Source: a virus (Duplodnaviria; Heunggongvirae; Uroviricota; Caudoviricetes). Taken from it: 64,000 bases of DNA. The stretch spans positions 140,837 through 204,836 of IMG/VR virus record IMGVR_UViG_3300037424_001372; one strand, 5' to 3'. The notes below the pieces were generated by a model. That model was not told the DNA's origin, made no database searches, and saw nothing but the letters and a program-made list of their open reading frames with translations. A program made the translations under genes and the position numbers. This document shows positions 19,925-31,200 of this stretch, piece after piece (position 1 is the first letter of the stretch; each line of letters starts with the position of its first letter).

Positions 19925-20731
19925 ATGAAAAATGTTGCAGTTTTATTTTCAGGTGGTTTAGATTCTACTTATTTGATTTAGAAAAATCTTAAAGAGGGTA
20001 ATAATGTTTATCCTTTTTATGTCGATATTGTTAATAACAAAAATAAAACAATATTAGAGAAGAATAGAACTAAATTATTATTTGAAGAATTTAATCAAGA
20101 ATTTAATATTAATAATATTAAAATTTTTACTCTTAAAGAAGTATTAAGCATTGAAGTAAAAAACTATAGCGATGCTTTACATTTCAAACAAGTTCCGATT
20201 TGGATTGCAGCATTATTGTTTTTACAGTCTAAGGAATATGATGAAGTGCAAATCGGATATGTTAATAATGATGATGCAATATCTTATTTAGATGATATAA
20301 AACATATATATGAATCATACCAATCAATCAGTGATAAATTAATGCCATTAACGTTTCCGATAACAAAAATGAAAAAAATTCAAATGGTAGATGAGTTGCC
20401 TCAAAGATATCTTGATTTAATCATTAGTTGTGAAAATCCTCGAATTATTGGTAAGGAAACCGATAATTTAATTGAATATGAACCTTGTTGTGAATGCGTT
20501 CCTTGTGATACTGTCGTTAATACCAATTATTATGGTTTGAGAGATTTTCCAAAGAATTATCATAATAATTTGATTAAAAAATATGTTTATAAATTAAGAA
20601 AATTTGAATATAATGTTGTTGATAAAAACGGTATTGATTATTTTGAAAATTTAACTCCTTTACAAGAACCGTATCAATTGAGTATTGATTTTGATCGTAT
20701 TGAAAATGTTGAAACTAAAATAGGATATTAA
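19925..20731 (+). pseudogene. queC: QueC-like (7-cyano-7-deazaguanine synthase/PP-loop) gene interrupted by an in-frame TAG at 19979-19981
   Basis: ATG 19925 gives MKNVAVLFSGGLDSTYLI*KNLKEG..., in frame with the 20216 ORF. SGGLDS PP-loop plus C-terminal SC...PCCECVPC Zn site. Confidence 0.75.
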
Positions 20732-20733
20732 AA

Positions 20734-23700
20734 ATGGATAAACGTAAAGTTTTAGGCGAAATAAAAGAATTCCTTGATGGTTATAACAAGGATATTAAAT
20801 ATTTGGTTAATGTTGAAACTGACCAAAAAACTAATTACGCCGAATGTATAATTCATGAACCAAATCAACAACCGAAAATAGTAAATATTAAATACGAACC
20901 TTTCATGTATATGAAAGATTTATCGAGATTAGGTAAAATATTATATCCTAATTCGAATGAATCGTATATTGAAAGCAAACGTATTAAATATGGTGTGACT
21001 ATAACTAAGTTAGAAACTGGAAATCAGAAGAGACTTGTTGATGGTTATTGTTATAAACTAACTAGTCATAGGTCTTATGATGATATTATTAGGTATCTTA
21101 GGGACGGTGGTATTGACCCACATGATAAATTAACCGATGATTTTGGCAATTTAATTAGGGATGATGAAGGTAAATTTATATACAAAAATCGCGATTTATT
21201 TTATTCTCCAAGAACTAATGAACAGTTTTTAATTTCAACACAGTCGAGGTTATTCAAAGGATTTGAACAATATAAAAACGTACATCGACTAACATTTGAC
21301 ATTGAAACAACCGGTTTAAGATATCAAATTGCTAGAGTATTTTCGATTGGTGTTAGAGACAATAGAGGGTTTGAAACTATTTTAGAAGCAGAAAAACGTA
21401 ATGATGATGAATCTGAAATAAAATTAATTCAAGATTTTTTTAATCTTATTGATTATATTCGACCTGCTGTGATTTTAGGTCATAACTCTGAAGAATTTGA
21501 CTTTGAATTTATTTTAGGAAGGGCAAAGATTCTTAAAATCGATATTACTAAATTACCTAATGGTCTTAAAGAAGGGGTTCAGTTAAAAAGAAGAAATAAT
21601 GTTAGTGTGAAGTATGGTAAGAATAGTGATAAATACACGGCCACCGAAATGTGGGGTTATTCAATAATCGATACTCTTCATGCTGCTAAGAAAACTGCTG
21701 CAGTTAATACTGATTTGAAACGTACTAACTTGAAATATATTGCAAAATTCGAAAATTTTGCAAGAGAAAATCGTACATATATTAAAGGTGAGGATAATGA
21801 AATTGGAAGATTTTATGATGAAAATAAAGTTTTTATTTCAAACATTAAAAATGAATATATTGAAATACCTGATGAGTATCAAGAAGTAGCTACTAATTTA
21901 TATAAACTTCAATTAAATAAAGACAAGATTAACGAAGAACAATATAAATTAGTTAGAAAAAAATTTCTTGATGCAAATAAGGAGTTTATTAAATGGTTTA
22001 GAAAAAATAGTGTCGAAAAAAATATGACATTGTTCATCAATGGTAGAAAATTGGTAAAACAATATTTACTTGATGACCTTTGGGAAACCGAACAAGTTGA
22101 TGAATTATATAATCAATCATCATTTATGTTGGCTAAAATTGTACCTACGACATATCAAAGAATATGTACTATGGGTACTGCCAGTATCTGGAACTTATTA
22201 TTAACAACATGGAGCTATGAAAATAATTTAGCTATCCCAATTCCAGATGTTTTTGAAAACTTTAGCGGTGGTTTGGCCCGTACTTTTAAAAAGGGTTATA
22301 CTAAAAAAATCGTTAAGATTGACTACGCATCACTATACCCAATGATTCAATTGACCGAGGACGTCTTTCCAATATTTGACATTACTGGTGTTATGAAAAA
22401 AATGTTGTTATATTTAACAACAACACGTAACATTTATAAGAAAATGGGTGGTGGTGATGAGTTAAACACCGAAGAAATTGAATTGTTAAAACAAATTGAT
22501 GTTGAAACATATAATAAATATATCACAGGTGCATTGACTCCTGAAGATATTGCGATGTTTAAAGTTAAACAACTACCTATCAAGATTTTGAACAACTCTT
22601 TGTTTGGTGCGTTGGGTTCTAACATTAGTTTTAACTGGTCTGATAATGTTTGTGCCGGTAAAATTACTTGTGTTGGTCGTATTCAATTGAGACATGCTAT
22701 CAATTGGTTTAGTAAATATGATTGTTTGGCATTATTAGCTGTAACAGACGGTATTAACTTTCAAATTCCCTCAACGACTAAGTTTAAAATTACTGAAAAT
22801 GGTATTATTGAATGTGATGTTGAAGGTAATATTGAAGAAATGTGGGAATATGGGGGTAAAATAGGTATTGCTGGTTTAATAAAATATTTCAACGATACTG
22901 AAATGCCTAAGCCATATATGAGTGTCGATAATGATGGTGAAAGTATTTCATGTTTGAATCTTGCACGTATTAATTATGCTACATTGTCATTAGCTAAAGA
23001 TAAGAAGACTGGTGAAATGAAGGAAAAAATCAAATTAACCGGTAACACTATTAAATCTAAAGTCATGCCAGAATATATTGAGGAATTTATTGATAAGGGA
23101 TTGGATTTAATTCTTCATGGTAAAGGTAAGGAGTTTGTTGATTATTATTATAGTTATGCTGAAGATATTCGTTATATGCAAATTCCATTAAAGAAAATTG
23201 CAAGTAAGAGTAAGATAAAAATGACTTTAAAAGGATATAAAAATAGAGGTACTAATAAAAATGGTAGAGATAAGGCAATGCAAGCACATATGGAATTATT
23301 AATTGCAAAACGTGAAAAAACAGCATTGGAATTATTTGAAAAACATAAAATTGGATTAGGTTTTATTAATCCTGAAAAAGAACCTAAAAAGATTAACGAT
23401 ATTATTAAAGCTGTTATTAATTACATGCCTCCCGAACCTGAATTAGATAGTACTGTTTATTATGTGAATACTGGTTATGTTAAATCTCACGGTGATTCAA
23501 AGATGATTAAGGATAAAGATACTAATGAAATGAGAATGGCATCTACTTTAATTAGTAATGAAGATTTGCAAGAGAATCCTAATATGACGGGTGTATATAA
23601 TTATGAAAAATATCTCGATGCTTTTAACAAGAGAATTACATCTATTTTAGTTGGGTTTGATCCCGAAGTAATTAAGAAAATACCTGTTAAAATCATAAAA

Positions 23701-24405
23701 AAAGGTGAAAATGCTGGTGAATTAAAAAAGGGTGAATTTAATCCATTGAATAATGAATTAGAATTAAAATCTTTTGACCTTGATGATTTGGATGAAGCAA
23801 TGTATCTTGAAGATATGGAAGTTGATTTTTGGAATAAGACAGGGTATGACCCTCGTAAAATTTGGGATGGTTTTAAAATGCATGATGGTTATAAAGTTCA
23901 TTATGAAATTTATGAAAATGCTTTGCAATTTTTAAATGACAAAATGATGAAAAGCAACAAACCTTTAATTAGATCAATTAATGACGAATATCAAATAGGT
24001 GATTTAGTTTTAATTAAAAACGGTTCGAATTATAGTGTTGGTGAATATAATGGAGTGTTTTTGAAAATTGTTAGAGATTCTGTTGAGATTCCTAAAAGTG
24101 ATGTTGAAATTGAACTTGAAAGAATTAAAGAAGAGAAAATTAAAGCATTGGGTGCTAGTGAATTAGTTGTTAAAACGGATAGAGATTTATTTCTTGAAGC
24201 TCAACAATCTAAAAGGGAAAAATATTTTAATGATTTTAAATCCAAATTTAATATTCCGGAGAATTTGACGATGGAATCTTTATTTGCTGAAGTTCCTGAT
24301 GCATCAAATGCTTTTGAAATGTTTGTTGAAGAATGTGAGAGTAGTATTGATGAACAAGCAATGGAATATTTAGATTCAACTGATGGTGGTGATGGCGAAT
24401 ATTAA
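20734..24405 (+). CDS. Family B DNA polymerase with 3'-5' exonuclease
   Basis: ExoI FDIETTG, ExoII HNSEEFD, ExoIII YLLDD; polymerase motifs DYASLYP, K...NSLFG and AVTDG. Confidence 0.95.
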   Translation: MDKRKVLGEIKEFLDGYNKDIKYLVNVETDQKTNYAECIIHEPNQQPKIVNIKYEPFMYMKDLSRLGKILYPNSNESYIESKRIKYGVTITKLETGNQKRLVDGYCYKLTSHRSYDDIIRYLRDGGIDPHDKLTDDFGNLIRDDEGKFIYKNRDLFYSPRTNEQFLISTQSRLFKGFEQYKNVHRLTFDIETTGLRYQIARVFSIGVRDNRGFETILEAEKRNDDESEIKLIQDFFNLIDYIRPAVILGHNSEEFDFEFILGRAKILKIDITKLPNGLKEGVQLKRRNNVSVKYGKNSDKYTATEMWGYSIIDTLHAAKKTAAVNTDLKRTNLKYIAKFENFARENRTYIKGEDNEIGRFYDENKVFISNIKNEYIEIPDEYQEVATNLYKLQLNKDKINEEQYKLVRKKFLDANKEFIKWFRKNSVEKNMTLFINGRKLVKQYLLDDLWETEQVDELYNQSSFMLAKIVPTTYQRICTMGTASIWNLLLTTWSYENNLAIPIPDVFENFSGGLARTFKKGYTKKIVKIDYASLYPMIQLTEDVFPIFDITGVMKKMLLYLTTTRNIYKKMGGGDELNTEEIELLKQIDVETYNKYITGALTPEDIAMFKVKQLPIKILNNSLFGALGSNISFNWSDNVCAGKITCVGRIQLRHAINWFSKYDCLALLAVTDGINFQIPSTTKFKITENGIIECDVEGNIEEMWEYGGKIGIAGLIKYFNDTEMPKPYMSVDNDGESISCLNLARINYATLSLAKDKKTGEMKEKIKLTGNTIKSKVMPEYIEEFIDKGLDLILHGKGKEFVDYYYSYAEDIRYMQIPLKKIASKSKIKMTLKGYKNRGTNKNGRDKAMQAHMELLIAKREKTALELFEKHKIGLGFINPEKEPKKINDIIKAVINYMPPEPELDSTVYYVNTGYVKSHGDSKMIKDKDTNEMRMASTLISNEDLQENPNMTGVYNYEKYLDAFNKRITSILVGFDPEVIKKIPVKIIKKGENAGELKKGEFNPLNNELELKSFDLDDLDEAMYLEDMEVDFWNKTGYDPRKIWDGFKMHDGYKVHYEIYENALQFLNDKMMKSNKPLIRSINDEYQIGDLVLIKNGSNYSVGEYNGVFLKIVRDSVEIPKSDVEIELERIKEEKIKALGASELVVKTDRDLFLEAQQSKREKYFNDFKSKFNIPENLTMESLFAEVPDASNAFEMFVEECESSIDEQAMEYLDSTDGGDGEY

Positions 24406-24438
24406 TATTTATTAGTATTTATATGAAAACATCTTATC

Positions 24439-25056
24439 ATGAAATATACAAAAAAAGATTTACTTGAAATTGTTGACGGTAATGGAGAGTTAATCGGAAA
24501 TAATGATATTCCTCAGTATGATGCTAATGCAGATACTCAGGCAAATAATACTACAGATTATAACCAAAAAATAGGGACTCAACCATATCGTTATGATATG
24601 TTGGGTCGCTTTGGTTTTACTCTAATGCCTTTTATGGAGGGTAAGGAAAGTCAAGAACAAGAAGAATTATTAAAAGAACTATCATCATATGTTTATGATA
24701 GATACAAGGAAATTCTTGAATATTATTATAGAAACCCAAATAAATTAAAATCTGATTTCAGAAAATTATCAAGTGGTGAAGATTTAGATAATGGAGGAAT
24801 TTTTGGGTCTAATACTGCTGGTGAGATTTTGGACATTATTGAAAAACACTTTAAGAAATCATTTAATAAATCAAAACAAATTGATGAAAATAAGGTTGTT
24901 GAGGATAAAATGGTAGATAGGGTTGTAGATAAATTACCAATAAAATCTAATGATGGTGAAGTAAGAGATAAAAAAATAGAGAAAATTGCCGATTTAATTA
25001 ACAAAATGAATAAAAAAGATGTTAATAAAATTAAGAATTTATTAGAAGGAAAATAA
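24439..25056 (+). CDS. Hypothetical (putative virion/internal head) protein
   Basis: 205-aa ORF behind a GTATTTAT motif (TATTTAT at 24416-24422). Confidence 0.6.
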   Translation: MKYTKKDLLEIVDGNGELIGNNDIPQYDANADTQANNTTDYNQKIGTQPYRYDMLGRFGFTLMPFMEGKESQEQEELLKELSSYVYDRYKEILEYYYRNPNKLKSDFRKLSSGEDLDNGGIFGSNTAGEILDIIEKHFKKSFNKSKQIDENKVVEDKMVDRVVDKLPIKSNDGEVRDKKIEKIADLINKMNKKDVNKIKNLLEGK

Positions 25057-25071
25057 AAATATTAGATTTAT

Positions 25072-25863
25072 ATGAACCAATATCTTAAAGATAAACAATA
25101 TAAAGTGCCTGATAATATCCTAAAAAGGATTAGAACTACTCTAATATCAAATCCTACTGGTGAAGGTATTAAACGAGCAAAAAATATTTTAAATAGTGGG
25201 TATTTGACATATCAATCAATGAAAAGATTGAAAAATTTTTTTGATTATTTTAATCCACAAACAGGTGATAAGATACAATATATGCTTGCCGGTGGTGAAC
25301 ATATGAAAGCATTTATTGAACAAACATTAAACGCTGATAGGAATGCCGTTAAGGTTGGTAATGATGTGAAAAGAGATGTTAAAGATAATTTTAGATATGA
25401 ATTAAAACCATATGATACGCCTAAACAAGGTATCGAAACCATTAATGAGGATGAAAAGAAAAAAGAAAAACAAAAAAATGCTGTTGCAGTAATTGTTAAT
25501 AGCGATAATAAAATTTTATTATTAAAAAGAGGTGTCATAAAAAATGGATGGGGCAATGGTCAATATGGTTTGGTTGGCGGTGCTATTGAAAAAGGTGAAA
25601 GCCCTGAAAAAGCTTGTGAAAGAGAAATTAAAGAAGAAACTGATTTAGAAATCAATAAATTTACAAAATCATTTTCAATTCAAAGAAATGTGGATAGTAT
25701 TGAACACATATTTGCTTGCCGTTATGATGGTGAGCCGACTGATGTTAAACTTAATAATGAACATACTAATTATGGTTGGTATGATGTAAATGAAATGGAA
25801 TTTCTTGATACTGTGCCACATTTAATCGAATATATTACATTGGTATTTAAAAAATATGAATGA
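25072..25863 (+). CDS. Nudix hydrolase with an N-terminal domain of unknown function
   Basis: Nudix box GGAIEKGESPEKACEREIKEETDL; N-terminal RAKNI....LTY..MKRLKNFFD...Y.LAGG domain. Confidence 0.9.
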   Translation: MNQYLKDKQYKVPDNILKRIRTTLISNPTGEGIKRAKNILNSGYLTYQSMKRLKNFFDYFNPQTGDKIQYMLAGGEHMKAFIEQTLNADRNAVKVGNDVKRDVKDNFRYELKPYDTPKQGIETINEDEKKKEKQKNAVAVIVNSDNKILLLKRGVIKNGWGNGQYGLVGGAIEKGESPEKACEREIKEETDLEINKFTKSFSIQRNVDSIEHIFACRYDGEPTDVKLNNEHTNYGWYDVNEMEFLDTVPHLIEYITLVFKKYE

Positions 25864-25906
25864 AAAGTATTTATTATAAATAATTTGATGTTTAATATAA
25901 AATATA

Positions 25907-26485
25907 ATGGCTGAAGAAAGTAGTAGGTTATTAGCGAATAGTACGTCTTTCAGAGATTGTGCTGTGGCTAAAAACAGTTGTTTATATACACTTAACAATA
26001 TTTATTGTGCAGGTGTCCCTAATACCATTTCAAATGGTGATGAAAAGGGTAGAGAACCTCAAGTTGAAGGTGGTGAAATTGGCACTACAACCGATGTGAA
26101 AATGAGAAATTGCTTAATGGCAAGAAATACTGATGGTTATACATGCTCCAATCAATATTGTGCAGGTGTTGGTGACACTATTTCAGATGGTGATGAAAGA
26201 GGTAGAGACCCATTGAATGCCGGTGGTTCGATTGGTACCGTAATTGACATTAATATGAGAAATTGTTTAATGTCGAAAAATGGTAATGGATATACATATT
26301 CTAATCAATATTGTGCAGGTGTTCCAGATACTGTTGCCGATGGTGATGAAAGGGGTAGAGAACCTCAAAATAATGGTGAAGCTGGTACTGCGACCGACAT
26401 GAAATTAAGAACTACGTTACTTGCTAAAAATTCTAATTTATATACGAAAAATCATCAATATGGTTTTGGTAATGGTACTGTGTAA
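25907..26485 (+). CDS. Tandem-repeat protein (3 x 50-51 aa plus a partial fourth)
   Basis: Unit R.CL...N...YT..N.YCAGV..T...GDE(K/R)GR.P...G..GT..D. Confidence 0.75.
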   Translation: MAEESSRLLANSTSFRDCAVAKNSCLYTLNNIYCAGVPNTISNGDEKGREPQVEGGEIGTTTDVKMRNCLMARNTDGYTCSNQYCAGVGDTISDGDERGRDPLNAGGSIGTVIDINMRNCLMSKNGNGYTYSNQYCAGVPDTVADGDERGREPQNNGEAGTATDMKLRTTLLAKNSNLYTKNHQYGFGNGTV

Positions 26486-27435
26486 TGATTAATGAAGATA
26501 AAGAAATATTTGAAAATATAAAGAATTTACGTTATTTATTGACTGAAGCAGTTGGTCAAGATGCGATTATTAAAGCTATTCAAAATCATGAATGGGTGTA
26601 TATTTATTATGATGCTCAAAATGAAGACGGTAAGAATGCAACTGGTTATCGTGTAGTTAGACCATATGTTTTAGGAACAAATGCTACTGGTAAAACTATG
26701 TTAAGAGCATGGCAAGATAATCCTAAAAATAGTTGGCATTTTATTAATAAACCTACTCGTGGAGATAGTCAGTATCATGATTATTGGTCTGATTCTGAAG
26801 GAGTAAAACCGGGATGGAGAATGTTTGATACTGCTAAAATCACTAAAATATACCCAATTGGTAAAAAATTTAATGATAATAATGGTTTACCGTTAATTCC
26901 TGCAGGTTATCATGAAGGTGGTGATAAGGATATGGTAAGTATTATTGCATATGTTTCAACTAAAAATGAACCCGATTTTGATTATAAATACGATAAAGAA
27001 TATCAACCTGATGTTAAAACTAAAACAGAAATAAGTAAGGAGAAATGGGATAGTATTCGTAGAGGTAATAAGAATAGAAAACAGATAACAAGTAATGATG
27101 TTGTTAAATTAAGTGATATTGCGACTCATGTTCAAAAATCTGCAAAAGGTAATTACTTGGTTGTAATCGATAATAAAAATAATTTTCAATTAATTACAAG
27201 GAAAGATGCTGAAAAGCAAAATATTCCAGATATCGCAATAGTTGGTTCGCTACCATATTTATATGATAGCTTAGTTAAGAAAAATGCACCTGCTAATGAT
27301 ACATTTTTTAATAATGTTAGGAACAGTACTCAAACAAAATTAAGATTAAATAATCAAGCTGCTGGTGAAACTGAGGTTAGTGAGAATAAATTGTTGACAA
27401 CAATTCCATATAAAATACGGACTTTTTTCAAATAA
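26485..27435 (+). CDS. WYL-like domain protein
   Basis: AI.N...V.IYY....G.R.V.PY.LG......LRAWQ....PGWRMF...KI. Confidence 0.7.
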   Translation: MINEDKEIFENIKNLRYLLTEAVGQDAIIKAIQNHEWVYIYYDAQNEDGKNATGYRVVRPYVLGTNATGKTMLRAWQDNPKNSWHFINKPTRGDSQYHDYWSDSEGVKPGWRMFDTAKITKIYPIGKKFNDNNGLPLIPAGYHEGGDKDMVSIIAYVSTKNEPDFDYKYDKEYQPDVKTKTEISKEKWDSIRRGNKNRKQITSNDVVKLSDIATHVQKSAKGNYLVVIDNKNNFQLITRKDAEKQNIPDIAIVGSLPYLYDSLVKKNAPANDTFFNNVRNSTQTKLRLNNQAAGETEVSENKLLTTIPYKIRTFFK

Positions 27436-27471
27436 TTATGTATTTATAAAAAAATATAAAAATTTATAGGA

Positions 27472-28185
27472 ATGACAAATAAATTCGATTTTAATAAGAT
27501 AAAAAATGAGATTGATAGAGAAAAGCATAATCGTATCTCAACACCATCGCAATTTGGTGAAAGTGTCGGTAGTGGACAATCACCTCGCGATGCTTTTTTA
27601 AATGGATTGTTAACTGCTAGACATAGTGGTGTTGAAACATCTTCAACTCAATTAATTAAAGTTGTTGAAAATAAGGTGGCCAATAAAAAGGGTGGAGCTA
27701 GTGTTCATAATATTAATGAAACCGTTCCTCAACATAATCAACGTCCAACACAAAGACCTAATCGTCCCACACCTATTGATATGAGTGAAGATAGGGAGGA
27801 AATGATGTATCAACAATTTAATGGAAAGAAAAGTAATCAAACTCTTGCAGAGAGTATTGAAACATTTAATGGTGGCAGTCGTAATCCTAATAGTAATATT
27901 AATCATAATAATCAACAATATTTAACATCATTACCTAATAATGTGCAACAATACCCAACACAGATTAATGAAAGTGTTTTAAATGAAAGTGTGAGAAATA
28001 TGGTTAATGGATATTTAACAGAAAATTTGGGTAGTGTTTTTGAAGAAGCTATTAAAAACACTATTATTGAAATGTATGCAGTCGAACGAATAAATGAGGT
28101 TTTACGCGAAAATAAAGATTTGATCAAATCAGTGGTCGTTGAAACTATACGAGAAATACAAGCAAGAAAATCTAAAGCACAATAA
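27472..28185 (+). CDS. Hypothetical (putative prohead/internal) protein
   Basis: Low-complexity N/Q middle; several INE/LNE/LTE motifs; helical C-terminus. Confidence 0.6.
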   Translation: MTNKFDFNKIKNEIDREKHNRISTPSQFGESVGSGQSPRDAFLNGLLTARHSGVETSSTQLIKVVENKVANKKGGASVHNINETVPQHNQRPTQRPNRPTPIDMSEDREEMMYQQFNGKKSNQTLAESIETFNGGSRNPNSNINHNNQQYLTSLPNNVQQYPTQINESVLNESVRNMVNGYLTENLGSVFEEAIKNTIIEMYAVERINEVLRENKDLIKSVVVETIREIQARKSKAQ

Positions 28186-28203
28186 TAATTGTGCTTTTTT
28201 TTC
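28174..28203 (+). terminator. Intrinsic terminator
   Basis: AAAGCACAAT-AATA-ATTGTGCTTT plus T-run. Confidence 0.65.
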
Positions 28204-28214
28204 ACATATTTAAT

Positions 28215-28222
28215 GTATTTAT
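28215..28222 (+). promoter_or_regulatory. Representative phage-specific (putative late) promoter motif [G/C]TATTTAT
   Basis: Same motif found 13-42 nt upstream of 16 gene starts (TATTTAT at 5319, 12606, 13669, 16709, 24416, 25868, 27441, 28216, 33672, 35488, 39214, 43247, 48855, 51023, 62033, 63537). Confidence 0.65.
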
Positions 28223-28240
28223 TGGTAAATGTTTTAGAGT

Positions 28241-31200
28241 ATGACATATAATGAATTTAAGCAAAATTATTTACCCGAATTAATTAAAATAAACTCATTT
28301 GCCGGTAAGAAAAAATATATTGATAATTATCTTCAAAGCGTTGGTAGTGGTACAGGTCGAGCAGTTTATGATATTGATGGTAATTATGTTTTAAAATTAG
28401 CAAAAAATCCAAAAGGTATTGCACAAAATGAAGCAGAAGCAGGTGCTGGTTCATATAATGATACAGAACATATTGTTGCTAAAGTAATCGATGAAGCAGA
28501 TGACTATAGTTGGTTGATTTCTGAAAAAGGTAAAAAGGTTACTGAAAATCGTATTAAACAAATTACCGGAATTCCAAGTTTATTAAAATTATATCATTTT
28601 TTAAGAAATTATGAATTAATTGTTAAGGGAAAGAAAGAATTCTCTCAATTAACTAAAGAAGAAAACGATTTTTTTTGGGAGAATGAATTTTCATCAAATT
28701 TAGCAGATTTTGTGGTAAACTATAACCAATCATCAGGCGATATGGGTCGCCCTAGTACATATGGTGAAGTATTGCGTAATGGTCAACCTTCGATTGTATT
28801 AACCGATTATGGTTTAAATGATGAAGTTTATGATACTCATTATAACCCACAAACAAAAAATAAATATAGAATGTATGAATTATATAATCATGGTGAAGGT
28901 AACGATGATGTTTTAAATGATATTGATGGTGATAATGATATTAGAAAAAGTAATTGGGCATTAATACCTTATGGTGTGGACGATGGCGATAATGTCGTGA
29001 ATGAAGAATTTATTAACTTTGTTTCAAATAGAAATAAATACCCAAATACTAACATTAATAATTTACCTACATTGGCAGATAATTTCCATGAATGTGTTAA
29101 TAATATTAGAGAAACTCTTAATAAAGTCGATAATAAAAAACAATTTTATTCTAACCTATTAGAACTTCAGAATTATTTAATTAGTAGAGATTTTTATCAC
29201 AATGAACCACTTTTAATTAAAGAAGATTATCCTAAAGAACAAGCTGATGCAATTGCTGTTGAAATAGGTGATAAATTAGGCGTAAATCCTAAACCAATTG
29301 GTGGTGGTAAATTTGGAGTTGCTTATGATATTGGTAATGATAAAATATTGAAAATTACTAAAGATAATAGTGAAGCATATGAAAATATTAAACTTATTGG
29401 TAAACCATTAAAATATATTGCATTACCATATAAGGTTTTTGAAATTAGCACTAAATCGAATTCAATTAAAACATATGGAATCATATTAGAAAAATTGAAA
29501 ACTAATCCAGAGTATTTTAAAAGAATGTATGATAGATTGGATTATGTTTGTAAAAATATTTTTAATACTGATTATCATACTCTCATTGATGCATATGTTT
29601 ATAATGATTTTGATTATATTGATGTTGATAAAAATCAAATAGAATCATATTTATCGAAAAATCCTGAAGATTTTAAATTTTTTAACGGTATTTTAAATAT
29701 TATTGATGAGCTAAAACAATATGATATTGATAGTGTTGAATTTTATAATGTGAAAAATTTAGGATATAAGAAAAGTGGTGATTTAGGTATGTTCGATGTT
29801 GGCTTTGCAGACACTTCGTCATACCCTCAAGGAATTGAAAAATATGATATTAATATTTCTGAAGATGGTAGTGCTAAATTTAGTACCAATAATTCTGTTG
29901 GACAAGATAATTTTCCACCATATAATATTAACGATACATCACCAAGCATTAATAATAGTTTAGATGCCAATATCTCAATGTATGAGGAAAGAAATAAATC
30001 ATTTGGTTCAGGTTCTAAATCAGTCGAAATAAAAAAAAAGTGTAAATTAGGTGGTATTGGTAATACTAGTGTTGCTTGCAATCAAGGCGATATTAATAAT
30101 TTAGAGTTTAAATCTATAAATGAAGTTATTGATGCCAAACAAGCATATCGTGATAGTGATGCAATACAGGCAATGATTAATGGTAATAAAGATGTTGCAC
30201 TCATTTCATTTAAAAGAAATCCAGATATTGAAAATATTTTAAATAAAAATGGATGGGGAAAAACTAAGATAGTTCAAAATCATGATAATATTGACATGCA
30301 TTTAATATATCGTAAATCTCAAGAAGGTTTAAAAAAAGCAATGCAATTATATCGAATATTAGAAAAAAAAGGTGGATATTTGAAGGATGAAACACCTGAA
30401 GAAGCTCGTGAAATTGGAAGACTTTTAGATTATACAGACGAATCAATAGACCAATATGTTGATAGTAAATATAATGGTCATATAAATGAAAATTCATTTG
30501 AAAATACTAAGGTAGTTGATAATCAAGGTAAATCATTTCCAGAACTAGATGTAACAAAATCTAATAAGTTGCGTAATAATATCATGAATGAAGTAAATAT
30601 GATATCGTTACAAGAATTACCATTTAAACAAGAAGTTGAACAACTTGGTGGTAATATATATTCAGTTGGTGGTGCAGTCCGTGATGAATTCTTGGGTAAT
30701 GAATCGAAAGATTTGGACATTCTCATCACAGGTATACCTATGGATAAACTTGAAGAAATTTTATCAAAATATGGTAGAGTAGATGCTGTTGGAAAGTCTT
30801 TTGGTATTTTAAAATTCAAACCTAAAGGTTCTGAAGAAGATATTGATGTAGCAATACCTCGTACCGAAAAACCAACTGGTGAAGGGGGTCATAAAGGATT
30901 TGAGGTTTCTTCAGACCATGCTTTACCGATTGAAAAAGATTTGAAACGTAGAGATTTTACTATCAATGCTATTGCAAAAGACATAAATGGTAATTTAATT
31001 GACCCATTTCATGGTCAAGAAGATTTAAAAAATAAAATTATTAGAGTTGTTAATCCTGAAGCATTTAGTGATGACCCATTGAGAATGTTAAGGGCCATAC
31101 AATTTTCTAGTCGTTTTGGATTTACTATTGAACCCAAAACGATGGAAATGATTAAAAATAATGTATCTAAAATTAATGAAATTGCTGCCGAAAGAATTTT

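Noticed and set aside
19979-19981. Genome-wide TAG recoding (code 15)
   Set aside because: All other long ORFs are intact under the standard code, and TAG plausibly terminates the 52767 and 56451 genes; only one internal TAG was found.
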